IMG/VR virus record: IMGVR_UViG_3300017963_000062 | Location: 1-55,059 of that record | Length of the DNA stretch: 55,059 nucleotides | Reading direction: 5' to 3' (one strand) | Source of the DNA: a virus | Taxonomy: Duplodnaviria > Caudoviricetes | Part shown: positions 46,566 to 55,059 of the stretch, piece by piece | Numbering within the stretch: position 1 is the stretch's first letter | Layout: every line of letters begins with the position of its first letter | Notes under the pieces: model-generated | Database searches by the model: none | Told to the model about the DNA's origin: nothing | Seen by the model: the letters and a program-made list of their open reading frames with translations, nothing else | Position numbers and translations under genes: made by a program

Positions 46566-48252
46566 AGTTGCATAGTGCCTGTGGAGCGTCTGCCTGTGAG
46601 CAAATCCATTGTTTTTGCATTTCTATGATTTCTTGTTGTTCTTGAATGGCTTTAGTCAATACAGGGATCAACTTTGTTTTTGACACGCTCATCGGTGTAT
46701 CAACGGTACTTTTTGGATCTCCATAAACAGCATCTGGGAAAACATTCATTAGCTCTTGAGCAATAAATCCAATTTCCTTTTCATCTGTTTTTTTCCAAGC
46801 AAATTCACGAACATTGATTTTTTTAACGACCGACAAGCCGCCAGTATACTCTATAATATCTTTCTTCAGCCGTTCGTCAGATGTCGCAGCCCAACTATTT
46901 GTAACAAGTGTTACGCCTGTTCCAGTCTGTCTTACAATATCAAAATTTCCATCGCCATTGTTTCTCCCAAAATGCCATTCATTGCCAGATGCATCTTGGG
47001 AGACATATGCCAGACCGAGCGAGCTGTTTCCGTTCTGAACTGTTATATCTCCAAAAAACAAGAACCCCCCGTCACCTGTTGTAAATTCAAGTTTACCCGT
47101 CCCAGTACTCCGATTTTGAATAGCACTCTGTAAGGTTGTACCTTCATAAAATTGGATTGCACCATTAACGTTCGTTGCTTCAGTACCCCTAATCTGAAGA
47201 GCTGACCGAGAACCGCCCACGATGTCTAGTAAGGTCGAGTGAGAGCCAACATTATTTGGTGAGTCACCAATACCAATTGCACCACTTGAGTCTACTGTTA
47301 ACCTTTGTAAGTCGTTTGTAAACAACCTCATTTCATTGTTCGGAAAGTTATATTGTATTCTCCCTTTCCTCCCATTGCCAACGCCTGCCGTTCCAAAATT
47401 TAAAGCTCCAGTTGTAGTGCTTGCAATTGTTACTCCTGCTTCTGAGCCACTACCAGAAAATACACCTTCATCTGCACCAGCATCTGGCGTAAAACTTGTT
47501 GGTATGCCATTACTTGAATGAAACAAGCCTAACGGCAACAACGTGTTAAGACCAACTTTACCATTGCCAAGGACGGTTAAAGCATTGACTGCTGTCCCGT
47601 CAGTCTTTGTTCTAATTTGTATTTTTGATGTATCCGAATCAATTCTTGAGTCTATGTATGCAGTGGTGGCTCCGTTATTGTTGTACCATATCCCTAACCC
47701 GTGTGTCGTATTTGAGGCAGTCCCAAACAGTATTCCATCTGTATACGTTGATGATGAGCTGGAAAGTAAATTAAGTTTTGTTTGAGGAGTTAAACCTAGT
47801 CCAACCTCCCCGCTTGTATCAATCAATATGCCTTTGGTTGTGGTTGTACCAGCAGCTGCACCAGAACTATTAGTTAGATAAAGGTCGGTTGATCCACTGG
47901 GAATTCCGATTTTGTATTCGGCTACTGCAGCCGTGTGCATCCTTATAAGGTTTCCATTGCCTGTTGTAGTGTATGTTTCTATTTTTTCAGTTGGTACGGC
48001 GGTTCCAACACCTAAATTTCCATTTGATCCTTCCATAAAAAATGCATTAATCAGAGTGTCTGACTCGATTCTAAAATCAGCATCAGCGCCGCTTTCGTTA
48101 AAGATAGTTGAGCTATCAACTGTAAAATCACCGCTGCCGATCTCAATATACTGCTCCATTTTCCTTTTTTGGCTCGTTTCGTAGCTTTGAGAAAGAACGA
48201 AATCAGACCTAAAAAATAAAAGCACACAAAATAACACATAAAAAAACTTCAT
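46564..48252 (-). CDS. Tail fibre-like protein with C-terminal S74 intramolecular chaperone
   Basis: GNLGVGT/GKVG/GAIGIG repeats; SDERLKKDI, GFIAQEL, LTKAIQEQQ; ATG 48252 after GGAGGA. Confidence 0.85.
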   Translation of the reverse strand: MKFFYVLFCVLLFFRSDFVLSQSYETSQKRKMEQYIEIGSGDFTVDSSTIFNESGADADFRIESDTLINAFFMEGSNGNLGVGTAVPTEKIETYTTTGNGNLIRMHTAAVAEYKIGIPSGSTDLYLTNSSGAAAGTTTTKGILIDTSGEVGLGLTPQTKLNLLSSSSSTYTDGILFGTASNTTHGLGIWYNNNGATTAYIDSRIDSDTSKIQIRTKTDGTAVNALTVLGNGKVGLNTLLPLGLFHSSNGIPTSFTPDAGADEGVFSGSGSEAGVTIASTTTGALNFGTAGVGNGRKGRIQYNFPNNEMRLFTNDLQRLTVDSSGAIGIGDSPNNVGSHSTLLDIVGGSRSALQIRGTEATNVNGAIQFYEGTTLQSAIQNRSTGTGKLEFTTGDGGFLFFGDITVQNGNSSLGLAYVSQDASGNEWHFGRNNGDGNFDIVRQTGTGVTLVTNSWAATSDERLKKDIIEYTGGLSVVKKINVREFAWKKTDEKEIGFIAQELMNVFPDAVYGDPKSTVDTPMSVSKTKLIPVLTKAIQEQQEIIEMQKQWICSQADAPQALCN

Positions 48253-49034
48253 TAAATTGTCCTCCAATCACCGTTGCCGTTGGCAACAAATTCAACAGCT
48301 ATTCCATTTGTCGATAATGTCATGTCAGAAGCGGCTCCATTAATATTATTGCCGTTTCTTCCAACTGTTAATGTATTGCTCCCAAAAGTATTATTATAAT
48401 CTATAACCCTAACCCTCTTGCCTATTGTTGCGGCAGCTGGCAAGTTAATCTGAAAGGCTCCACCGCCTGTATTCGCAAAAATTTCATCCTTGTCCACGGC
48501 GGTGTAAAGTGCAGTCTTAAAGGATGTCGTCCATGGGGTTACTGTATTTGCCCCAGGCTCATATCGACTATTGGCATCCACCCACTTCAATATGTAACCG
48601 TCGGCAACGCCTGTATTGTTTACGTCATCCAATTCGTCGATAGATTCAATAAATGTTCCATGCGACATTATCACAAAAAAGCTATGTGGGCCACCGCTGC
48701 CGGGTGTTGTAATTTCTATTACAGTCTTAAGGCTCCCTGCCTTTGCTGCAATTGTCCAGCCAGCTGCTGCAGGGTCTTGAACCCTTGTCATGTCCGTGGC
48801 TGTCCCAGTGTAAAGCAGTATCTTGTATTCTGCGAAGGCTGCGCCAAAGTTATGGTCAAGCTCAACAGTTGTTGAGTTGGCGATAGATGAATATGCTTCG
48901 TATCTAGTGCCGACATTATCTCCCAAGACGGTGAACATATCTTTAACAAGAACCTCTAGAGGCACACCCCCGCTATATCCAATATCTGGGAATTCCAGCT
49001 TTTTTCTCGATATGATTGTTGTTGTGTCTGCCAT
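48252..49034 (-). CDS. Tail/fibre structural protein
   Basis: LDDV..GYILKW and INLPAAATIGKRVRVID...TVGRNGNNING fibre-type motifs. Confidence 0.65.
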   Translation of the reverse strand: MADTTTIISRKKLEFPDIGYSGGVPLEVLVKDMFTVLGDNVGTRYEAYSSIANSTTVELDHNFGAAFAEYKILLYTGTATDMTRVQDPAAAGWTIAAKAGSLKTVIEITTPGSGGPHSFFVIMSHGTFIESIDELDDVNNTGVADGYILKWVDANSRYEPGANTVTPWTTSFKTALYTAVDKDEIFANTGGGAFQINLPAAATIGKRVRVIDYNNTFGSNTLTVGRNGNNINGAASDMTLSTNGIAVEFVANGNGDWRTI

Positions 49035-49048
49035 ATTTATTCACTCCT

Positions 49049-49486
49049 TTAAAAACAGGCATAATTATATTCTTTGTCCGATTCAATCCTTTTTTTGATA
49101 ACAGGTTCACGCCCATCAACCAAAATCAAAGCCTCTAAATCACGCGTCACCAGCTTCAAACCAGCAACTTGGGGATTTACCTTTTGTTCTTGTATAGGCT
49201 TGTTTAAACACATTGCAATACTAGCAAGATACTCCCACTTGAACATTACAAAATCATCCGCTTTGCAATGAACAGGGGTAAACGTTTGAAATGTTCTTTT
49301 ATCCCGAACCTCTACAAAAGCCCTTGCCAATCCTTTGCGAGGCTGGAAGGAACACATTTTTGCTGGGTCTTTCTCCGGTCGAGTCCATTGGCCCCACTTT
49401 GGAGCTGTTCCGTCGTGATACTCAAGACGCCAACGCACATCGAAAATTGGCTTGATATGGGAACTTTTCATTCTATATATTTCCAC
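49049..49486 (-). CDS. Hypothetical protein
   Basis: In tail operon. Confidence 0.5.
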   Translation of the reverse strand: MEIYRMKSSHIKPIFDVRWRLEYHDGTAPKWGQWTRPEKDPAKMCSFQPRKGLARAFVEVRDKRTFQTFTPVHCKADDFVMFKWEYLASIAMCLNKPIQEQKVNPQVAGLKLVTRDLEALILVDGREPVIKKRIESDKEYNYACF

Positions 49487-49517
49487 TCATAAAAGGCTGC
49501 GAACTGTAATCATTAAA

Positions 49518-50207
49518 CTATGCCGTGTGAGAATAATTAAAAACCATATCCCATTGCATAATCCCGCCTGTACTTGCGCCATTGTTGAGGAAAAACCTCG
49601 AAATTAATTTGCAATTGTCGCCCAAAACAGAATCAGCCGACTTTCCTATTTTTCCATCCACTGGAGCAGTTGGAGCGGTTGGAACAGCAGCATTATTGTA
49701 GACCATGGCAGCCGCTTTTAAATCGAATGAGCTGGAAAGGTCAATTCCATCTGTCGATGATGCAACACCATCCCCAAAGATAAAAACATTTGAACCAGCA
49801 CCGCCGCCCGATCCTATGCGTGTTGGATCAAATTGGTTTGCTGTCGTAACATCCCAATCCATATCCACTGCAAGACCTTGCCAATCGCCGTTTGAGTTGT
49901 TGGCGGTCGAACCTGCTGATGTAAAACCCATGTTCTTTAACGTTGTGAAATCGCCTGCAGCTGTTGCCGCACCGCCATAAGTACCGCTGTACTGCTGTGT
50001 AAATACTCCACAATCTGTGATTGGATCTACTACGGCATTATGACTTATCCATATGGGTAGAGCACCGTCATTTGTTGGCTGGTCTATTAATGGTGTGTAT
50101 GCGCCTGTGGAAACTTGGCCAAAATCTATGCCTGTGTCACCTCCTGCTAGTGCATCTGCGTAAGCCGCGCCGCCCATTGTTGCCGAAACCGTAATTGATA
50201 CTGCCAT
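49518..50207 (-). CDS. Probable tail structural protein
   Basis: Gly/Ala/Thr/Asp-rich; GGAGG RBS. Confidence 0.55.
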   Translation of the reverse strand: MAVSITVSATMGGAAYADALAGGDTGIDFGQVSTGAYTPLIDQPTNDGALPIWISHNAVVDPITDCGVFTQQYSGTYGGAATAAGDFTTLKNMGFTSAGSTANNSNGDWQGLAVDMDWDVTTANQFDPTRIGSGGGAGSNVFIFGDGVASSTDGIDLSSSFDLKAAAMVYNNAAVPTAPTAPVDGKIGKSADSVLGDNCKLISRFFLNNGASTGGIMQWDMVFNYSHTA

Positions 50208-50246
50208 TGTTCTGCCTCCATGAAATGTTTAAACGGCCTTGCTGGC

Positions 50247-52454
50247 CTACTCTTCTGATATTGTTGCTGTGTCGCCTGCTACTATCCCTGCATAACCTGG
50301 ATTCCAGCCGCTTGGATTTCCAAACGGGATCATTTGGAATGACCATAGTTTCATGGGCAACTTTAAGTCACTTCCGTATCCAATTTCTCTGATCATCATT
50401 GGTACATTATCGTAAACCGTTGCCCCAATTTCAACTGAGACTTTAAGAAAGTCTCCAATGTCTCTCAACAAATGCCTGGCTGTTGACTTGAAATCGATTA
50501 ATTCAGCGGTCCCGCTGGCAATTCTTAGGATCTCTTTTATCTGGTTTTCTACGTCAGTGGTAACGTATAGATTTGGCAATTCGATTGATCTAAATATTTC
50601 TTTTCCGGATTGGTCTATGGCTGCTTGATTTCTAAAAATACCCGTTTTTTTGAAGTTCTCGCCAAGGAATGGATTGAAATCACTAAAACCCTGCGCCCGA
50701 TTAAAATTGTTTCTTTCGTCAATGGCTACACTTATGGAGCCTTCAACAACATCAAAATTTCTTAACCTCGGCGTAGGGTCTGGGTCAAAGTCTTCAAGGT
50801 GCAGGGAATTTATCTTAATGTCAAGATCTCTTGAGATAAAGTACTCAAGCCTAACTTGCTCCAACAGTGAAAGCGAGTATTCTAAAACGCTTTGGCTTTC
50901 TTGAAGCCATACCCTTGACTTAATGTTGGCTGTTGCACTTTGGGAAGGTGTTGCCTTGTCCCTGTAAGTAGTCCAGTTAGGGTTAAATTCAGCAGGATCA
51001 ACACTAGCATATGTTTCCAATATGTGTTTTGCCTGCCAGATAATGTTGTCATCGTATGCCCCTAGATCTCTTCCTTTTACCTTTACTATGAAAGTGTCAC
51101 TTGAATCATAAGTATAATTTGCGCCTTCTATGAGCGTGTTGCCACTATTCTGCACAACTTCAAAATAATTGTTGTCAACGTTCACATTGACAATATCAGA
51201 TGAATCGATTCTATAAAAGACCTCAGACCTTGAAAGCCAAACCTCTGATTGCTGGAAGTCTTTTAATGCATGGTCAGAAATCAGACATTGGATGTTTACC
51301 AGGTCTTGAGCAACAACATTGTGTTGCCCGGAACCTCCACTTGTGCCAATTGCTACGCCTCCAGGGGTGTCAGTAATTGCAAAAGTGTCAGCAGTCAAAT
51401 ATACGATAAAGTAATCAAATCCAGTATTCAAAGGACTTGGAAGCGTTCCATCAGTTGTTAGATGCACCTTGTCATCGTTGTCAAACAGGTGGTTTTCAAG
51501 GGTGAAAATTCCAGGGCTTCCGTTGGCTATGGATACAGGCAATTCCTTGTTGTAGTAGCTTTGTGGATCTCTTCCATTGACAATAAAGGCTGGTACATTT
51601 CCTTCTGTTTCTACTGTTGCAGTGTAATCTCCATATATAACTGGCTTGGCAAGTCCTGCAACCTCGTCTGATATTTTTGGATAATCTGCGTGTTTAAACA
51701 AGTTGGTTGGGAATTTAACGTCCAGTCGATCAAACTTGTCACGGGCTACATACTTGATTGATGTTATATCCCTAGTGAATCCTCCGGTTTCAGTTACAAA
51801 ACCATCAAATACGGTGAAATAAGTTGATTCAACATCCCGAAGCCCAAGCTTTATGACAACACTGTTGTTTATCTGACCTTCGTAGTTGTCACCCCCTGGA
51901 AGCATTCCAGTATATTCACCGTCAACATTGGAAACAGCAACCTTGATGGAGGAAAATTCTATTGTGGGCCTAAGCCATTCGCCAACAAGTCGCTGTATCA
52001 ATGGTATCTTTGTCCTTGCTTCATAAAATCTTTCGCCAACAAAAATATTTCTGTCCGATACCCTTAAAACACCCGTTGCTGAAGATACCGAATGTGTCCC
52101 TGTTCCGGAAGTTGATAGATTGATCTTTGCTCCCAGTTGCGTAGCAGAAATCTGAAAATTTCCCTCTGATGGATCTCGGACATAGTAAGTCTGGCCTGCT
52201 GTAATTTCTGGCGGCAGCGTACCAGTTGTTTCAAATATGACAGCTTGGTAAAGAATGAACGGATTGTATTTAGCAAAAACATCCCCAGGCGTTCCAGTTG
52301 TAAATGTACATTCATGTCGTGGCTCTTCCTCTTGTGGCCGTTCAATTTCAACTATCATTTGAAGCTTGTTTTCAAGATTGTCTTGCGAGAAATCAAGCAG
52401 CTGCTGATTTAATACCGTTGCTGTTTCGTGCGGTCTTCTGTCCTTGCTTGACAT
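50247..52454 (-). CDS. Probable tail tip/hub protein
   Basis: 735 aa, second gene after TMP; KPVIYGD; two TTGTLP..L..G..Y repeats. Confidence 0.6.
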   Translation of the reverse strand: MSSKDRRPHETATVLNQQLLDFSQDNLENKLQMIVEIERPQEEEPRHECTFTTGTPGDVFAKYNPFILYQAVIFETTGTLPPEITAGQTYYVRDPSEGNFQISATQLGAKINLSTSGTGTHSVSSATGVLRVSDRNIFVGERFYEARTKIPLIQRLVGEWLRPTIEFSSIKVAVSNVDGEYTGMLPGGDNYEGQINNSVVIKLGLRDVESTYFTVFDGFVTETGGFTRDITSIKYVARDKFDRLDVKFPTNLFKHADYPKISDEVAGLAKPVIYGDYTATVETEGNVPAFIVNGRDPQSYYNKELPVSIANGSPGIFTLENHLFDNDDKVHLTTDGTLPSPLNTGFDYFIVYLTADTFAITDTPGGVAIGTSGGSGQHNVVAQDLVNIQCLISDHALKDFQQSEVWLSRSEVFYRIDSSDIVNVNVDNNYFEVVQNSGNTLIEGANYTYDSSDTFIVKVKGRDLGAYDDNIIWQAKHILETYASVDPAEFNPNWTTYRDKATPSQSATANIKSRVWLQESQSVLEYSLSLLEQVRLEYFISRDLDIKINSLHLEDFDPDPTPRLRNFDVVEGSISVAIDERNNFNRAQGFSDFNPFLGENFKKTGIFRNQAAIDQSGKEIFRSIELPNLYVTTDVENQIKEILRIASGTAELIDFKSTARHLLRDIGDFLKVSVEIGATVYDNVPMMIREIGYGSDLKLPMKLWSFQMIPFGNPSGWNPGYAGIVAGDTATISEE

Positions 52455-54001
52455 TATTCAGCCTCATCAATCTCAATTGTGAAATCTATAAAGTCCATAT
52501 TTTCATTGATACCCTTCACATTATGCTTTTGACTGGGAATTCCTTTTATCTTTCCAAACACTGCAAATCTTTTCATCAAACTTTGGCTTCTTGGGTCCGG
52601 TATCCATAAGCACTTTAAAGTTGTTCTGCTGTAATTTATAACATTGTTGAGCGTGTCATAATCTCCGCTGTCATAAGAAATGGATCTAAAATCTAACTTA
52701 ATGGATCTCTTCAGTGACCTCGAATTGCCAACAGAGGTAAAACCCTCAGTTCTAAGAGTGTTCTTAAATTCCCTTGGAGCAACGACGATATCTTGTGTTG
52801 CACACTCAGAATTTAGGATATTGGAAGCGCCAAATATGATTGTGCCAATTTTAACAAAACCATCCGTATTGGTTGGGTCGGATATTCTCAACCTCCAATA
52901 TCGATATGATGTGAGAGGCAGCGCAGGCTCCACGTAAAAAATCTTGTCGTCTTGCGGTGTAAGGTTTTCAGTCCAAGATATTGTTGTATATGTTGGATCG
53001 TTCGTTCCTTCAAAGACAACCGTTGCCGAGGATGTCAAGTTATGGCCTTCTGCATAGAATGTGTCCATAAAAATACCTTGAGTGATTTCGGTGTCACAGT
53101 CAAGGTTTATAGTTGTCACCCCGCTTGCAGAACGGTAATAAAACTCTGAGATGTCATTGTTAACATTGAGTATTGAAAAGTCACCTGGTTCAGTGCTTGA
53201 AGCAGTCCAGTTTAATCCTGTCGTGCCTCTTGATGGAAATTGGCACATAATTCTTGGTCGTACCACGTTATAAAGAGATATCAAAACTTGGGACGGAATC
53301 CGCTCGATGGTTTGAAGATTGGCTTGTGCTCCAACGTCTGTAATTACGTCTATCTTCATTTCCACTTGATTATAAATGCCATGCTCTACGTCTACAATCT
53401 TAAGCTCAACTTGTGCGCCCACATTAATCTGCGTGTCAATCCTAAGTTCAACTTGTTGCCTTGAGCCTGGGCAAATCCTCCTTGCAAGCCATGCTTTTGT
53501 CAGCCAAGCCGTTTCCAGCCAACCGCCACACCGAACCCAGTAAAGGTTAGAAGAATATACTTCTGCGCCCTTGATATGCAGGTCGTCCACAACTTTCAGA
53601 TCTACTTGAGCGCCCGTTGTCTTGAGAGCGTCTACAATAATCTGCTCGACTTGCTGCCTGTTGTTGTTTTGCAATTCGATAAATGGCCTTGCCTGTGTAA
53701 AATTTCCATTGAGCACGTCTACAATCTTAAGCTCAACTTGAGCGGCAACAGGCTCTTCAACGTTTAGACCTATCTCGGTCTGCATTGGGGTGATGTGTTG
53801 AGTATTTATTTTTAACTCAGCTTGAGAGTTGACAGGCTGGTCAGTGACTATTTTTAGTTCAGCCTGTGCATTTATCGGGCTTAAAACGTCTGGAATTTTT
53901 AACTCTACTTGCATGTTGGTGCTGTCTTCTATATCTGCACCAAGCCATGAGGTATCAAGCCATGTTCTTTCCAGCCAAGCGGTTTGGTTTGTTATGGTCA
54001 T
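52454..54001 (-). CDS. Probable distal tail protein with N-terminal (A)QVELKI repeats
   Basis: First gene after TMP; repeated QVELKIVD-like units; YRYWRLRI in a beta-sandwich-like C-terminal part. Confidence 0.6.
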   Translation of the reverse strand: MTITNQTAWLERTWLDTSWLGADIEDSTNMQVELKIPDVLSPINAQAELKIVTDQPVNSQAELKINTQHITPMQTEIGLNVEEPVAAQVELKIVDVLNGNFTQARPFIELQNNNRQQVEQIIVDALKTTGAQVDLKVVDDLHIKGAEVYSSNLYWVRCGGWLETAWLTKAWLARRICPGSRQQVELRIDTQINVGAQVELKIVDVEHGIYNQVEMKIDVITDVGAQANLQTIERIPSQVLISLYNVVRPRIMCQFPSRGTTGLNWTASSTEPGDFSILNVNNDISEFYYRSASGVTTINLDCDTEITQGIFMDTFYAEGHNLTSSATVVFEGTNDPTYTTISWTENLTPQDDKIFYVEPALPLTSYRYWRLRISDPTNTDGFVKIGTIIFGASNILNSECATQDIVVAPREFKNTLRTEGFTSVGNSRSLKRSIKLDFRSISYDSGDYDTLNNVINYSRTTLKCLWIPDPRSQSLMKRFAVFGKIKGIPSQKHNVKGINENMDFIDFTIEIDEAE

Positions 54002-55059
54002 AGTCCTATTCCTGTTGCTTCTATTAATCTTCTGCCGTCTATTGAATCTCTTCTAAGTTGTGTTTTTAGTGCTGGCATAATTTCATCACGCACAAAGTCG
54101 CTATTTATTTCTTTGCTCGTATTGATTGTAACATTGAATTCAAAGTTTTGAGAAACGCTTGACCTGCCAAATCCCCTTCCGCTGTTTAAACGCTCTAGCG
54201 GCCCTACGCCAATATCTTTGACCGCTGGCCTTGAAATAACAAATTCACCTGGTTCAACCATGCCGCCAACGCCATTCACAAGGCCGCCCGTTTGAAATTT
54301 GTTTGCTGCAAGCATTTTCCAAATCATTTCATCAAATACTTTTTTCTTGACCATTGCCCACATTTCTTTAGGTGTTAGCTTTTTAACAGCGTTAACTATG
54401 TCTTCCCCTGCACCCTTTACGTCTCCATCCAGTACCTTGCCCAAAGTACCGCCAATAGCTCCACCAAAGGCAAATCTTGGAAGACTAAAGTCACCATCTA
54501 TTATAGCTCTCACTAGCCTGCTCATCTGGGGATCTTCCATGATGGATCTAGGTATCACCGCTTCACCAGGAGAAAGCAATGCAAGTATTCTATCATTTAT
54601 CAAAGAGTCACCAGGTACTTTTGCCCTTCCAGGCACTTCACCACCTCTTGCAAAATTCATGAATGGCACATCAATATTTAGGGCTTTCTCAACCGTTCCC
54701 CTTCCCTTCATGTCAACCTTAAACATCTTTTCAAACAGGTTGGCAGGATTTAGCTTGTTGAGCTGATCTCTTAGAATGAAATAAACATTTTCCAGACCGT
54801 CTTTTAACCCTTTCCAAATCTGATCGCCTATACTACCTACATTTGACCATATATTATCCCACCCGGTTTTTAGCGAATCCCAAATACTGCTGCCTATGTT
54901 TTCAGCTGCAGACCACATGCCGTCCCAGATTCTTTGGGCCATGCTCCAAATCCCATTCCATGCGTCTGTCGCAAAACTCCACAAGCCATTCCAAATTCTT
55001 TGAGCTGTAGACCAAATCCCATCCCAGATGTCTGTAGCCATTGACCACAAGCCATTCCA
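53998..55059 (-). CDS. Tail tape measure protein, C-terminal part
   Basis: Trp-periodic 11-aa repeats, then FARGG.VPG...ALLSPGEAVI and FQTGG...GEFVI motifs typical of TMP C-termini. Confidence 0.85.
   Translation of the reverse strand, partial: WNGLWSMATDIWDGIWSTAQRIWNGLWSFATDAWNGIWSMAQRIWDGMWSAAENIGSSIWDSLKTGWDNIWSNVGSIGDQIWKGLKDGLENVYFILRDQLNKLNPANLFEKMFKVDMKGRGTVEKALNIDVPFMNFARGGEVPGRAKVPGDSLINDRILALLSPGEAVIPRSIMEDPQMSRLVRAIIDGDFSLPRFAFGGAIGGTLGKVLDGDVKGAGEDIVNAVKKLTPKEMWAMVKKKVFDEMIWKMLAANKFQTGGLVNGVGGMVEPGEFVISRPAVKDIGVGPLERLNSGRGFGRSSVSQNFEFNVTINTSKEINSDFVRDEIMPALKTQLRRDSIDGRRLIEATGIGL

Noticed and set aside
46564-54001. Diversity-generating retroelement acting on tail genes
   Set aside because: No reverse transcriptase and no adenine-specific TR/VR pair seen.
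54979-55059. 81-bp terminal repeat as a physical DTR or att site
   Set aside because: It falls mid-gene within the TMP's 33-bp repeat tract and is best read as assembly overlap; local repeat copy number may be uncertain.

Overview
This window looks like a complete, circularly closed ~54,978-bp tailed (siphovirus-like) phage genome. Positions 1-81 equal 54979-55059, and the tape-measure gene reads in frame across that junction. The minus strand carries morphogenesis genes: TerL, a portal fused to a Mu-F/gp7-type domain, prohead protease, HK97-type capsid, connector, tail tube, -1 frameshifted tail chaperones, tape measure, tail-tip proteins and an S74 fibre. It also carries RecE/RecT, a lambda-O-like initiator with iterons plus a DnaC-like loader, RusA, a C5 methyltransferase, an NlpC/P60 lysin, a tRNA-Trp and an anti-defence-like cluster (two Tad1-like sponges, MazG, KhpA-like KH protein, RNA ligase). 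I saw no integrase. The most striking element is in the plus-strand block at 24.7-31.6 kb: a stand-alone Cas7/RAMP-like gene (29515-30387) surrounded by four non-coding, same-strand arrays of (NGY-NN)n pentamers organised into GGY-initiated modules, with no cas genes and no CRISPR array. This is a candidate RNA-guided system resembling, from my recollection, the VIPR type. Also notable are about 30 copies of the palindrome (C)GTTTAAAC(G), a shared TGTCA-N9-TGACA promoter motif, a Reb (R-body)-like moron and several signal-peptide proteins. All protein calls come from motif recognition by eye; no searches were run.
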